From contig MEOR01000108.1 in the NCBI GenBank assembly GCA_001769295.1, positions 76,596-129,079 of the forward strand: a DNA stretch of 52,484 bases, given 5' to 3'. Shown here piece after piece: positions 37,115 through 46,098 of this stretch (within the stretch, counting starts at the first letter, position 1; the number at the start of each line of letters is the position of its first letter). Origin of the DNA: Bacteroidetes bacterium GWF2_49_14. GTDB taxonomy: Bacteria; Bacteroidota; Bacteroidia; Bacteroidales; UBA12481. The position numbers and the translations under genes were made by a program. The notes below the pieces were generated by a model that did no database searches, was not told the origin of the DNA, and worked only from the letters and a program-made list of their open reading frames with translations.

Positions 37115-38263
37115 TTAAACAAATGATAAGGCGAGGGATCGGGCCTCAAAGTCCGATTCAATGTAGTCTATTAAACCCGCATTCTCTATAAAAGTTGCCT
37201 TCTCAAGGGTTTTTTCGATAATGCGGGTCATACCGGAAAAGCCGGTTCGGTCATTGAGAAATGCATCCACGGCAACCTCATTGGCGGCATTCATTATGCA
37301 AGCCAGGTTACCGCCTTTACGCATTACCTCCATGGCTATGGTGAGGTTTGGAAATCGAAGCAGATCGGGTGATTCGAAAGTCAGGGCCGGAAACTCTGTA
37401 AAACTGAAACGCGGAAAAGATCCGGGCAGGCGATCGGGATAGCTGAGTGCATATTGAATCGGCAGGCGCATGTCGGGCAGTCCGAGCTGCGCTTTAATCG
37501 ACCCGTCGAGAAATAGGACCAGCGAATGGACCACTGACTGGGGATGGACCACGACATCGATCTGATCCGGCTCCAAACCGAAAAGCCATTTGGCTTCGAT
37601 GGCCTCAAGCCCCTTATTCATCAGGGTTGCGGAATCGATGGTAATCTTGGCGCCCATATTCCAGGTTGGGTGTTTAAGGGCATCCGTGTGGGTGGCTTTG
37701 GCCAGCTTGTCCGCGCTAAAAGCCCGGAACGGACCGCCGGAAGCTGTAATCCAGATTTTTTCAACGTCGGCGTTCCTTTCGCCTGCCAGGCATTGAAAGA
37801 TTGCAGAGTGCTCCGAGTCAACCGGAAGAATCTGAACGGAGTTTTCCCGGGCAAGTTGTGTCACCAGGTCTCCGGCCACCACCAGGGTCTCCTTGTTTGC
37901 CAGTGCAATTTGTTTCCCAGCCTTGATGGCGCAGATCGTCGGCATCAGTCCCGCAAACCCTACCATTGCGGTCAGCACCATATCCACATTGTCCCCTGAG
38001 ACGACCTCACCCAGGCAGGAGCTACCGGAGCGGACCTCAATCCCGGTACCGGCCAGTGCGCTTTGTACAGCCTCCCGGCAGGACTCATCGGTAATTACTA
38101 CGCTGGAAGGCCTGAACCTGAGGGCCTGTTCGATCAGCACCGTATAGTTTGAGCGCGCGGTAAGGACCTCAGCGGAGAATTGCGCGGGGTGCCGCGCAAT
38201 TACCTCGAGTGCCTGCTTACCGATGGACCCGGTGGATCCAAGGATGCCGATGCGCTTCATCAT
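37115..38263 (-). CDS. dxr: 1-deoxy-D-xylulose-5-phosphate reductoisomerase
   Basis: GSTGSIG, LANKE, PVDSEHSA, TASGGPF, HPTWNMGAKITIDSATLMNKGLE, NAANE. Confidence 0.97.
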   Translation of the reverse strand: MMKRIGILGSTGSIGKQALEVIARHPAQFSAEVLTARSNYTVLIEQALRFRPSSVVITDESCREAVQSALAGTGIEVRSGSSCLGEVVSGDNVDMVLTAMVGFAGLMPTICAIKAGKQIALANKETLVVAGDLVTQLARENSVQILPVDSEHSAIFQCLAGERNADVEKIWITASGGPFRAFSADKLAKATHTDALKHPTWNMGAKITIDSATLMNKGLEAIEAKWLFGLEPDQIDVVVHPQSVVHSLVLFLDGSIKAQLGLPDMRLPIQYALSYPDRLPGSFPRFSFTEFPALTFESPDLLRFPNLTIAMEVMRKGGNLACIMNAANEVAVDAFLNDRTGFSGMTRIIEKTLEKATFIENAGLIDYIESDFEARSLALSFV

Positions 38264-39126
38264 TCAAAAGCAATAAAATGTTCTGGATTCAGGGCCTTAC
38301 CCTGGTGCCACAGTTCAAAATGGAGGTGCGGTCCTGTGGTCAGCTCGCCGGTATTGCCCACCGTGGCAATGACCTCACCGGCCTTAATGCGGTTACCGGT
38401 GGTTTTAAACAACTCCTTGCAGTGTTTATAGACTGATACCAGGTTGTTCTCATGTTGCACCTGGATGGTATATCCTGTTTCACTTGTATAATCAGCCATA
38501 ATGACAGTCCCGTCCAGTACAGCCTTGACACCCAGGTTGGCTGCCGTGGCAATATCAATACCATAGTGACCTCTGACAAAATCAAAGCGGGCCATGATCA
38601 GGCCGCGCACTGGCGGGAAAAAATAGAGCTGGTTAAGATTTCCTGTGCTGCCGGAAGAGCTTTGCGGTCCCAGGTTGAAACGCTGGGCTTTTTCAACTTC
38701 AAGCCGCAGCAGGGAATCATCGGCAGATCTGTCATCGGTTATTTCACGGATTGAAACATTCGAAGTACCCTGGTCGGTTGAATGAATCCTGGTTTCGCCA
38801 CCGTTGACAACCGTAATCAGATTATTGATAAACTGATCCTTAAGGGCCAGCTGATAGTCAAGCGAGTCAAGCCGGAGAGCATTCATCCGGATATTCCGGG
38901 TCATCTCTGCATTTGGATACCCAGGAATCAACTGTTTAACCGGGGTATAAACAATCAGCACCACCACCACGATGGTATAAATTGTCAGGGAAACAGCCAG
39001 GGCAGTTATCACATTCATCCTGGACAGTTTCATCTGCCAGACCTCCTCAAAAGAGGTTTCCCGCATGATTACCAGGCGGTACTTGCTTTTTAATTTATGA
39101 ACCAGCTTCTTTTTAGGCTCTGCCAT
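38260..39126 (-). CDS. M23-family metallopeptidase with an N-terminal membrane anchor
   Basis: One TM segment, HYGIDI, YKH, GNTGE.TTGPHLHFELW; -7 motif TATCTTTG at 39149-39156 (minus). Confidence 0.9.
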   Translation of the reverse strand: MAEPKKKLVHKLKSKYRLVIMRETSFEEVWQMKLSRMNVITALAVSLTIYTIVVVVLIVYTPVKQLIPGYPNAEMTRNIRMNALRLDSLDYQLALKDQFINNLITVVNGGETRIHSTDQGTSNVSIREITDDRSADDSLLRLEVEKAQRFNLGPQSSSGSTGNLNQLYFFPPVRGLIMARFDFVRGHYGIDIATAANLGVKAVLDGTVIMADYTSETGYTIQVQHENNLVSVYKHCKELFKTTGNRIKAGEVIATVGNTGELTTGPHLHFELWHQGKALNPEHFIAFE

Positions 39127-39164
39127 GTTTGTCCGTTTTCTGGTGGGGCAAAGATAAGGGAATA

Positions 39165-39249
39165 AGTTGAAATGGTTGAAGTGGTTGAAATGGTTGAAGT
39201 GGTTGAAGTGGTTGAAGTGGTTGAAATGGTTGAAATGGTTGAAATGGTT
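39165..39249. repeat. Intergenic 9-bp tandem repeat, 9 units (GGTTGAAGT/GGTTGAAAT) plus a partial unit
   Basis: AGTTGAAAT GGTTGAAGT GGTTGAAAT GGTTGAAGT x3 GGTTGAAAT x3 GGTT. Confidence 0.95.
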
Positions 39250-39250
39250 T

Positions 39251-39282
39251 GTAGGGGCGCACGGCGTGCGCCCGTCAGGACG
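39251..39282 (+). repeat. GTAG-type REP-like palindrome
   Basis: GTAG followed by GGGCGCAC-GGC-GTGCGCCC, then a CAGGACG tail also seen after the 12681-12720 palindrome. Confidence 0.7.
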
Positions 39283-39328
39283 CCCGTGATGATTTACTTA
39301 CGCTATTAGGTGATATTGTTTTTTTTAT

Positions 39329-39336
39329 TATCTTTG
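39329..39336 (+). promoter_or_regulatory. -7 promoter element of tRNA-fMet
   Basis: TATCTTTG(C), 12 nt upstream of the tRNA. Confidence 0.75.
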
Positions 39337-39348
39337 CACCCACAACAG

Positions 39349-39421
<73 letters not shown>

Positions 39422-39423
39422 CA

Positions 39424-39462
39424 AAAAGAAAAGCCTCCGGGGATCCGGAGGCTTTTTCTTTT
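39424..39462. terminator. Bidirectional intrinsic terminator
   Basis: AAAAGCCTCCGG-GGAT-CCGGAGGCTTTT with A-rich and T-rich flanks, between the convergent tRNA and lipoprotein gene. Confidence 0.85.
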
Positions 39463-39478
39463 ATCTTCAGTATTTCAG

Positions 39479-39931
39479 CTATAGAACATCACAAATGATG
39501 TCTTTGTTAACGGTTTTCCCTTCGGCAACCATAAACGGCGACAGGGAGGGGGCGGACAATGCACCTGAACCCCACCAGCCAACAAAATCGCCGGCCGACC
39601 AATCACCGCTGCGGTCATTGTCGAGCCAAACATCCAGATAATAGTTACCCGGTACCACATCGTTAAAGGTAAAGCTGATCTTGGCACCTGATCCGGTTAC
39701 GTTTTCAGACACCTTAACCGGTTGGTAGTTGTTCCAGTCGTCGATGCTTATATACAAGGCAACCTGAGCATTCCCCAGGTCACCCGGAGTTCCTGCAACC
39801 AGTTTGGCGGTACCGGTGACCTTGGTCTGCTTTTCAACAATAATCGGATCATCCTTCTTACAGGAGGATAGGATGATTGTAGCCAGAATTACCATCCCGG
39901 CCATGCCCAACAGTGAATTTTTCGTTTTCAT
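39479..39931 (-). CDS. Small surface lipoprotein, predicted beta-sandwich (DUF2141/carboxypeptidase-regulatory-like)
   Basis: LSSC lipobox followed by KKDD (Bacteroidota surface-export-like signal); 'FTFNDVVPGNYYL..W.DND.SG' motif. Confidence 0.7.
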   Translation of the reverse strand: MKTKNSLLGMAGMVILATIILSSCKKDDPIIVEKQTKVTGTAKLVAGTPGDLGNAQVALYISIDDWNNYQPVKVSENVTGSGAKISFTFNDVVPGNYYLDVWLDNDRSGDWSAGDFVGWWGSGALSAPSLSPFMVAEGKTVNKDIICDVL

Positions 39932-40051
39932 GTAGATTATTCTTTTGGTTTAATGATTAATGGCATTTGCGTTGAAAGATGCTATTCAACAGATATTGTG
40001 CTTATAAAGTTAAAAACAAAAAGGAACTAATGTTACGAAAAGTAGTTTTTT

Positions 40052-43000
40052 TTACTCAATCAGGATCTTTCGGGAAAGGCATTTTTCAGTTGTCCGATAA
40101 CGTACCATATAAATTCCTTCCTCCCAGTTTGAAACATTTATTTCAACATGATCAGCCATTGTGGTTATAAAATCTTGTTGGAAAATTGTCTTCCCCAATA
40201 TATCAATGATCTGAATATGTGCATGCTGGCCAGGACTATCTCTAAGATTGATATTGAGATGTTCGTTTGCAGGAACCGGGAAAACGGACATGGAGAGATT
40301 CAGGAATTCATCCCCGATCCCTGAAGTACCGGAGACAATCACGGGTTTGATCATCTGGTTATTGGTCTCATCGGATTCATTGATCGTGTTGTCCTTGTCT
40401 ACCACCCCGATCAGGTAATATTGTCCTGGCGGATAGGATGCCTGAAGGGTGAATCCTCCCGAAAGGGGAATTGTTCCTTTAGCCCCGAGGGTTCTGGTTG
40501 ATTCATCAAACAACTTTTTATCCGATGGATCAAGCACTTCATCGGAGGAGAGGTACAAGGTAATTTTAACGGTTGAGGCAAGAACCGTTCCTCCATTATA
40601 GACGATCGAGTTAACACGAACGTTGGTGTTTGGAGTAATGACCAATGGAAAGAATGAGATGCTGATGATCTGAAGGTCCGGAGAATCTCCCTGGATTATA
40701 AGGGTGGTGGAGACCAGGTTGTTGTTCTCATTGGACTCACCAATCACTCCCAATGCATCGCACATAATCAGGGCATACCAGGTACCGGATGCCAGATCAT
40801 CAGGAAGGGAAATATCCTCACCTGTGACGGAAACGTTGTCACCGGCATCGAGGGGGTCCATTGTACCATAAGCCAGATAAATGTCGGTTGCATCAATAAC
40901 CTGATCCTGTGAGAGGTATAGGTCAATCTGGTTTTCCGGGGCTTGGGAGCCCCCGATATTAAGCAAGGTGCAGGAAATGTCTATGCTGCCTCCCGGTGTG
41001 GCTGACTTAGGGGTAATATCAAAATCCTGAATGGTAAGGTCCGGTTTTACTTCATTGTTGACGGTAACCGTAACTTCATTTGATTTTGCAGATTCACCGA
41101 CCGGAACGGAATAATTTGCGGTAATATGATAGGTATAGGAACCGAGGGAGAGTCCGGGGTCTGTAAACTCAAGCAGTTCGGGGTTGTTGATGGTTGATAT
41201 TTTAGTTCCGTTCCGGTAAACCGCATAACCTGCAACTGTACCTCCGCCAGGTTCCGGCTCGAGCCAGTTCAGCTTAACGGACAATTGATTAACCTGAGCC
41301 ACCAGGTTCCTTGGAGGATTCAGGGCCGGATTTCCGACTGTGAGGGTAGTTGAGGTTTGATTATTATTTTCGATTGATTCTGCCACAGCTCCGTCAGCAT
41401 CAGCAATAAAAAGAACAAACCATTTGCCGTTGTTGACACTTTCGGGTATTGTTATGTCGTCGCCGGCAACGTCAAGTGAGGTGCCTGCCTCGAGGGCGCT
41501 CATCGAGCCTTCGGCAAGCTGCCTGTCTTCCGAGTCAAAAACCTCATCCAGTGACAAATAAACCCTAAGCACACTGATGCCCGCGCTGGTTGGGCCCCTG
41601 TTTTCAAGTTTACAGGACAGGCTTACAGGATCTCCGGGTTCAACATTAGCCGGAAGGATCACAGGGTTTGTGATAACCAGGTCGGGTTTGTCGCCCCCCC
41701 CAACCGAGACGGTTACGGTGTTGGACCCTGCTGATTCGCCTGCAGGAGTAACGTAGCGTGCCGTAACGAAATAATTGTAGGTTCCATCTGCGAGGTTGTT
41801 ATCCGAAAAGGTTACTGTATTCGGGTTGGTTATTGTTCCGATCAGGGCTTGATTCCGGTAAACCTTATAGGCTTCCAGCGAGCCATTTCCGGTTTCCGGC
41901 TTTTCCCAGTTCAGGGTCACGTTCCGTCCGGTCAAGGTTGCAGAAAGGCTGTGCGGTGGGTTAAACGCACCTCCTGATCCTACGGTAAACGAGATGGTTT
42001 CACCGGCAGCTCCGATGTTTGATATTTTTATCCCTCCGGCAGCGCCGGTACTCAGGAAGCAGGAGGGGCTGGTATTATCGCTGAACTCCGTTCGGCCCAG
42101 GTTTGAGCTGTACGGTGCGGCATTGATGTTACCATTGCTACGGTTGGTCCCGTTAGGACGATATACGTACACCTCATCGGGTGGCCCATCTGCATTACCC
42201 TCGAGGGACTGGTTGATCCGGTATATGATCAGGCCGGTACCCACGAGGCTCGACTCAAACCGACCGGCCGCCTTGCGGTATTCAACAACAAAAAACTCTG
42301 TTGTGGAATTGGGAGAGGGAATCTTATAGGCGGCATATCCATCTGAAGAGAGTGGTTTCAGGGAATAGTTTCCATCTGCAGTTATTGCAGGAATCTGGGA
42401 AAACCATTTACCGTATTTCATTTTCATATACGCACTCATGTGCTGGGGCGGAGTCTTGTTATGGGCCATCAGGTCCCAGGGGCCGACAGGGGTAATATCG
42501 TCGTTTTCATACCTGTAGAGATCAGGGGCACCCAGGCTGTGAAACATCTCATGGCATAACACACTGACACCCAGCCCCTCTGATAGCTGAAAGTTAAAAT
42601 CATAAACTCTGGCTCCCCCTATTCTGACATCATACTGATAAAGGACCCAGCGATGTGGCCAGAGCAGATCGCTCCATCCGTCGGTTCTTCCCTGTATGAT
42701 AAAACAGACATTGTCAATCTTACCATCATTGTCATGATCGTAATCAATGCCGCTTCCTTCCACCTGGGCACGAACAAATTCGGCGGCATTTTTAAGGAGG
42801 GTCATTTCCCGGTTGATATTATCTGTTTCGGTCCGGTAGCCTTCAGTATTGGATGCGGAATAAGGCTGGTAATACCTGCGGGTATGACTGTCCTGATAAG
42901 AAACGATGGTGGTTCCCGACGGAGCCGGATAAAAAGTTGAACTGATGTTTAGCTGGGTTTTTGAAACCTCCTTAAAGTATTCATTCATTGACACGATACC

Positions 43001-43483
43001 GCTGCCGTTAAAAGCCGAGGAGTAGACGGTCAGGGACTCGGTATATTCATTCTGGCCCGTGAAGCGGATGAAAATGACCAGGTTGTTATAATCGCCTGTA
43101 TTGGAGTAGGAGCGTGCAGACTTGAATGAAGGGTCCTTGAATTTTGTGTTGAACAGTTGCCGGTAACGATCCTGGCTGATATTGAGGCCGGGCCGGAGTC
43201 CGGCTGCCGATGGATTATCCCTGCCGGGGAGCAAGGCGGTCGGAATTAACTCCGCGCCCGCTTTATCGGCATAAACAAAAAACCCGGTTCCCGGATTCAG
43301 GATGATGGTATATCCATTTGAATCATGAAGCCAATGGTAATATTCATCCCCTGATGCGAAACAATTCAGGGTTGATCCGTCAGGCTGAGTGAGCTGCTGC
43401 GGGACGTATTCCAGATATGCTGCGGAGAGGTTACCGGAAATCGCAAGAAACAGTAAAAGGGATATCAGTCGGATAGTCTTCAT
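40052..43483 (-). CDS. M6-family (immune inhibitor A-like) metalloprotease with FN3 and CARDB repeats and a T9SS type-A CTD
   Basis: Signal peptide; QPDGS...GDEYYHW pro-region; HEMFHSLGAPDLY zinc motif; WDLM Met-turn; two NPP.NL/SL...LNW FN3 units; three PDL...ES.E.NN CARDB units; VFPVPA...DILGK...GIYMV...KILIE CTD. Confidence 0.92.
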   Translation of the reverse strand: MKTIRLISLLLFLAISGNLSAAYLEYVPQQLTQPDGSTLNCFASGDEYYHWLHDSNGYTIILNPGTGFFVYADKAGAELIPTALLPGRDNPSAAGLRPGLNISQDRYRQLFNTKFKDPSFKSARSYSNTGDYNNLVIFIRFTGQNEYTESLTVYSSAFNGSGIVSMNEYFKEVSKTQLNISSTFYPAPSGTTIVSYQDSHTRRYYQPYSASNTEGYRTETDNINREMTLLKNAAEFVRAQVEGSGIDYDHDNDGKIDNVCFIIQGRTDGWSDLLWPHRWVLYQYDVRIGGARVYDFNFQLSEGLGVSVLCHEMFHSLGAPDLYRYENDDITPVGPWDLMAHNKTPPQHMSAYMKMKYGKWFSQIPAITADGNYSLKPLSSDGYAAYKIPSPNSTTEFFVVEYRKAAGRFESSLVGTGLIIYRINQSLEGNADGPPDEVYVYRPNGTNRSNGNINAAPYSSNLGRTEFSDNTSPSCFLSTGAAGGIKISNIGAAGETISFTVGSGGAFNPPHSLSATLTGRNVTLNWEKPETGNGSLEAYKVYRNQALIGTITNPNTVTFSDNNLADGTYNYFVTARYVTPAGESAGSNTVTVSVGGGDKPDLVITNPVILPANVEPGDPVSLSCKLENRGPTSAGISVLRVYLSLDEVFDSEDRQLAEGSMSALEAGTSLDVAGDDITIPESVNNGKWFVLFIADADGAVAESIENNNQTSTTLTVGNPALNPPRNLVAQVNQLSVKLNWLEPEPGGGTVAGYAVYRNGTKISTINNPELLEFTDPGLSLGSYTYHITANYSVPVGESAKSNEVTVTVNNEVKPDLTIQDFDITPKSATPGGSIDISCTLLNIGGSQAPENQIDLYLSQDQVIDATDIYLAYGTMDPLDAGDNVSVTGEDISLPDDLASGTWYALIMCDALGVIGESNENNNLVSTTLIIQGDSPDLQIISISFFPLVITPNTNVRVNSIVYNGGTVLASTVKITLYLSSDEVLDPSDKKLFDESTRTLGAKGTIPLSGGFTLQASYPPGQYYLIGVVDKDNTINESDETNNQMIKPVIVSGTSGIGDEFLNLSMSVFPVPANEHLNINLRDSPGQHAHIQIIDILGKTIFQQDFITTMADHVEINVSNWEEGIYMVRYRTTEKCLSRKILIE

Positions 43484-43591
43484 GGTTATTTTTGATTGCT
43501 AAAATATAAAGTTATCATTTTTACAATTATCAGCCCTGCCGATTGGATTAGACTATCTTTTAAAATGTAACCATTTGATAAACATTTAGTA

Positions 43592-43599
43592 TATCTTTG
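43592..43599 (+). promoter_or_regulatory. -7 promoter element of the beta-barrel/lipoprotein pair
   Basis: TATCTTTG, about 50 nt upstream of the ATG at 43651. Confidence 0.5.
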
Positions 43600-43650
43600 A
43601 TACCAATTGACGAAAGCCTGTCCTTCTGTCAAACCATAACGATCTTCAGT

Positions 43651-44361
43651 ATGAAAAAGCCACAATTATTGTTGATGGGTTTGTGCCTGCTAGCCTTACC
43701 ATTCAGCACTCTTTCCGCCCAGTCGCCGGATTCTGTCTCCCAAAAAACAAAATACGGACCGCTTGATCTTTGGGGAATCGGCATCAAGGCCTCGACCGAC
43801 GGATTCGGTTTTGAAGTTGTAAAGGGGTTTGGAGAGAGGCTCAATATCAGGCTTGGATATTCAACCATGAATATTCCCATAAGCCAATCGATCCCAATGG
43901 ACGGCTTCAGTGCGACGGTGGAAGCAAACCTGAAATTCGGAGGAGCCAACCTTTATCTCGATTTTTATCCGGTAAAAAATGTCATCCACCTGACTGCCGG
44001 AATTATGCAGAATGCCATGCGCCATACCCTGACGGTCATTCCCACATCGGAATATCTTTATGGGGATATCGTAGTTCCCGCGGCTGACCTTGGAATTGTT
44101 GTCGGCGAGGTTACTCCCGAAACGAAAATTTCGCCTTATCTGGCATTTGGATTTGGCAATACGCTTTCCCGCGAGCACCGGGTTTCTTTCAATTTCGAGA
44201 TGGGAGCCCTTTACCATGGTGCTCCGCAGCTAAGTCTCACCGGCACCAACATGCTGAGTCCGATGGCCAGCGAAAACAATCAGCAGGTCATTATGGATGC
44301 CATTGCACAATATAAATGGTATCCGATGGTTTCAATGCAGTTAACCTTCAGAATCATATAG
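43651..44361 (+). CDS. Hypothetical small outer-membrane beta-barrel protein
   Basis: Signal peptide MKKPQLLLMGLCLLALPFSTLSAQ; alternating amphipathic strands (WGIGIKAST.GFGFEV, NIRLGY, NLYLDFYP, PYLAFGFG, SFNFEMGALY); C-terminal strand YPMVSMQLTFRI. Confidence 0.7.
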   Translation: MKKPQLLLMGLCLLALPFSTLSAQSPDSVSQKTKYGPLDLWGIGIKASTDGFGFEVVKGFGERLNIRLGYSTMNIPISQSIPMDGFSATVEANLKFGGANLYLDFYPVKNVIHLTAGIMQNAMRHTLTVIPTSEYLYGDIVVPAADLGIVVGEVTPETKISPYLAFGFGNTLSREHRVSFNFEMGALYHGAPQLSLTGTNMLSPMASENNQQVIMDAIAQYKWYPMVSMQLTFRII

Positions 44362-44371
44362 AATATTTATC

Positions 44372-46042
44372 ATGAAAAGTATACGATTCCTTACCTCCAT
44401 TTTCCTGGTCCTGGTTATGGCCGGTCCTTCCTGTCAGAAATTCAATCTGAACACGGATGACCTCGATATCAAGCTGGATCTGAATGTGATCAAAACCAAC
44501 ATTATGGTTCAGTTCATTGATGCCGCAACCGGAGAACCGGTAGGATTCAATGACGGCAAAAAAGTTGAAATAACCATATTTGGCCCCGACAGTCAGTGGG
44601 TAGTAAATAATTCAGGCAAGCGGATGCAGAAGATGTATTCTGCGGCAGGTTATCTGACATTCGGACTTGATCCCTATAATGCCAAGCCCACACCGAACGA
44701 TCCCATCAGCCTGATTCTGGTGGCGGATATTGATGGCTACGTCTCAACCTCCCTGCCCATTTTCCTGAGGAGCGAAGGGAGTCATGATTTTGTCGTCAAC
44801 ATGGTTGATCTGGCTTTCCCGCCCGACGGCGTAGTGGTTACTACCAGGGATAATTCCGGAAGTGCCGTGGGGGGCAGGCTTGTCAATGATATGGACATGT
44901 CGACCGACAACAGCGATGTCAACATGAAGATTCCAGCCGGAACCGAGATTCGTGATGCTCAGGGAAACCTTCTGGATGGTAACCTGAAAACCACTATTGT
45001 GTATTTTAATCCGGTCCGTGATTCTGCTTTAAGATGTTTTCCGGGAGGATTGAATGTTGATGTTAATAAGGAGGACGGTGAAAAGGAAAAGGGAGCATTT
45101 TTCTCCGCGGGATTTGTTGCCATTGACATCAAGGACGAGAGCGGGAAAAAGGCTGCCAAGTTTGACGGTGGCAAGCTTGACCTTAATATGGCTATTGATG
45201 AAAATGTTAAGAATCCCGAGACCGGACAATCCGTAAAAGCGGGCGATAAGGTGCCCTTGTGGAGTTATGATGAACGGAACGGTAAATGGACCTTCGAAAA
45301 AACCACCGAGATTCATCAAACCCCAACCGGCTTGAGAACTGAAGCCCAGCTTCAGCACCTGAGCTACTGGAATCTCGACTGGTTTGAGACGTCATGTGAG
45401 TTTATCGAGATCTTTTTTACCACTGCAGATGCTTCGAAATCCGGCGAAACCGGCTGGGGATACGGACTCTTTTTTACTGCAACCCTGACGGGCAGCGATG
45501 AGTTCCGCACAGACGGCTACTTCTCGGGTTATCCTGAAATCACAGGAACAAAAACCAACCTGAATACGGAGGTTTTGCAGAGCGTACCGAGGAACCGCCA
45601 GATTACCCTCACGTTCCACGCACAGGAGGGCACCACACCCCTGTGGAATATTCCGGAACCCATAACTTATGATTTCTGCTCAAGCACTCCGGTTGAAGTA
45701 CCTCTCACTCCGAACACTAATGCAACAGGCGGCGGTGGGGATCAAACCCTGACGATCACTTTCAATATCGAGATTTATTGCACTGACCTGGGAGCCGCTG
45801 CAACCATTCCGGACGGCATTTTATTGAGATACCGGTTAAAAGGATCCAGTTCCTGGGGCACCTGCACAGCTTCCGGCGGAACATTTACCGTAGCAGGGTT
45901 GCAGCAGAATAAGATCTACGAAGTTCAGGCACTCTATAACGGAGAATGGGTGCCGACACCTGGTTTTGAATATTTCATCGAACCATCGGATGTTACCGTT
46001 CTTACGAAAAACGCACGTTTTGAGATTGACTGCGGTGGGTAA
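44372..46042 (+). CDS. Hypothetical multidomain surface lipoprotein with a GPS-like HLS motif
   Basis: Lipobox Cys21 (AGPSC) followed by K and acidic residues; beta-rich sequence; PLWSYDE.NGKW...HLSYWNLD at about aa 294-336; starts 10 nt after the barrel gene. Confidence 0.75.
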   Translation: MKSIRFLTSIFLVLVMAGPSCQKFNLNTDDLDIKLDLNVIKTNIMVQFIDAATGEPVGFNDGKKVEITIFGPDSQWVVNNSGKRMQKMYSAAGYLTFGLDPYNAKPTPNDPISLILVADIDGYVSTSLPIFLRSEGSHDFVVNMVDLAFPPDGVVVTTRDNSGSAVGGRLVNDMDMSTDNSDVNMKIPAGTEIRDAQGNLLDGNLKTTIVYFNPVRDSALRCFPGGLNVDVNKEDGEKEKGAFFSAGFVAIDIKDESGKKAAKFDGGKLDLNMAIDENVKNPETGQSVKAGDKVPLWSYDERNGKWTFEKTTEIHQTPTGLRTEAQLQHLSYWNLDWFETSCEFIEIFFTTADASKSGETGWGYGLFFTATLTGSDEFRTDGYFSGYPEITGTKTNLNTEVLQSVPRNRQITLTFHAQEGTTPLWNIPEPITYDFCSSTPVEVPLTPNTNATGGGGDQTLTITFNIEIYCTDLGAAATIPDGILLRYRLKGSSSWGTCTASGGTFTVAGLQQNKIYEVQALYNGEWVPTPGFEYFIEPSDVTVLTKNARFEIDCGG

Positions 46043-46053
46043 AACGAGTAATG

Positions 46054-46096
46054 AGATTAAAAAACCCCGGGGCATAACCCCGGGGTTTTTTAATCT
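46054..46096. terminator. Bidirectional intrinsic terminator (perfect 19-bp arms)
   Basis: AGATTAAAAAACCCCGGGG-CATAA-CCCCGGGGTTTTTTAATCT between convergent genes. Confidence 0.88.
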
Positions 46097-46098
46097 GA

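Noticed and set aside
39165-39249. Tandem arrays (here and at 19624-19848) as CRISPR
   Set aside because: Units are 9 bp, head-to-tail, with no unique spacers, and no cas genes are present.
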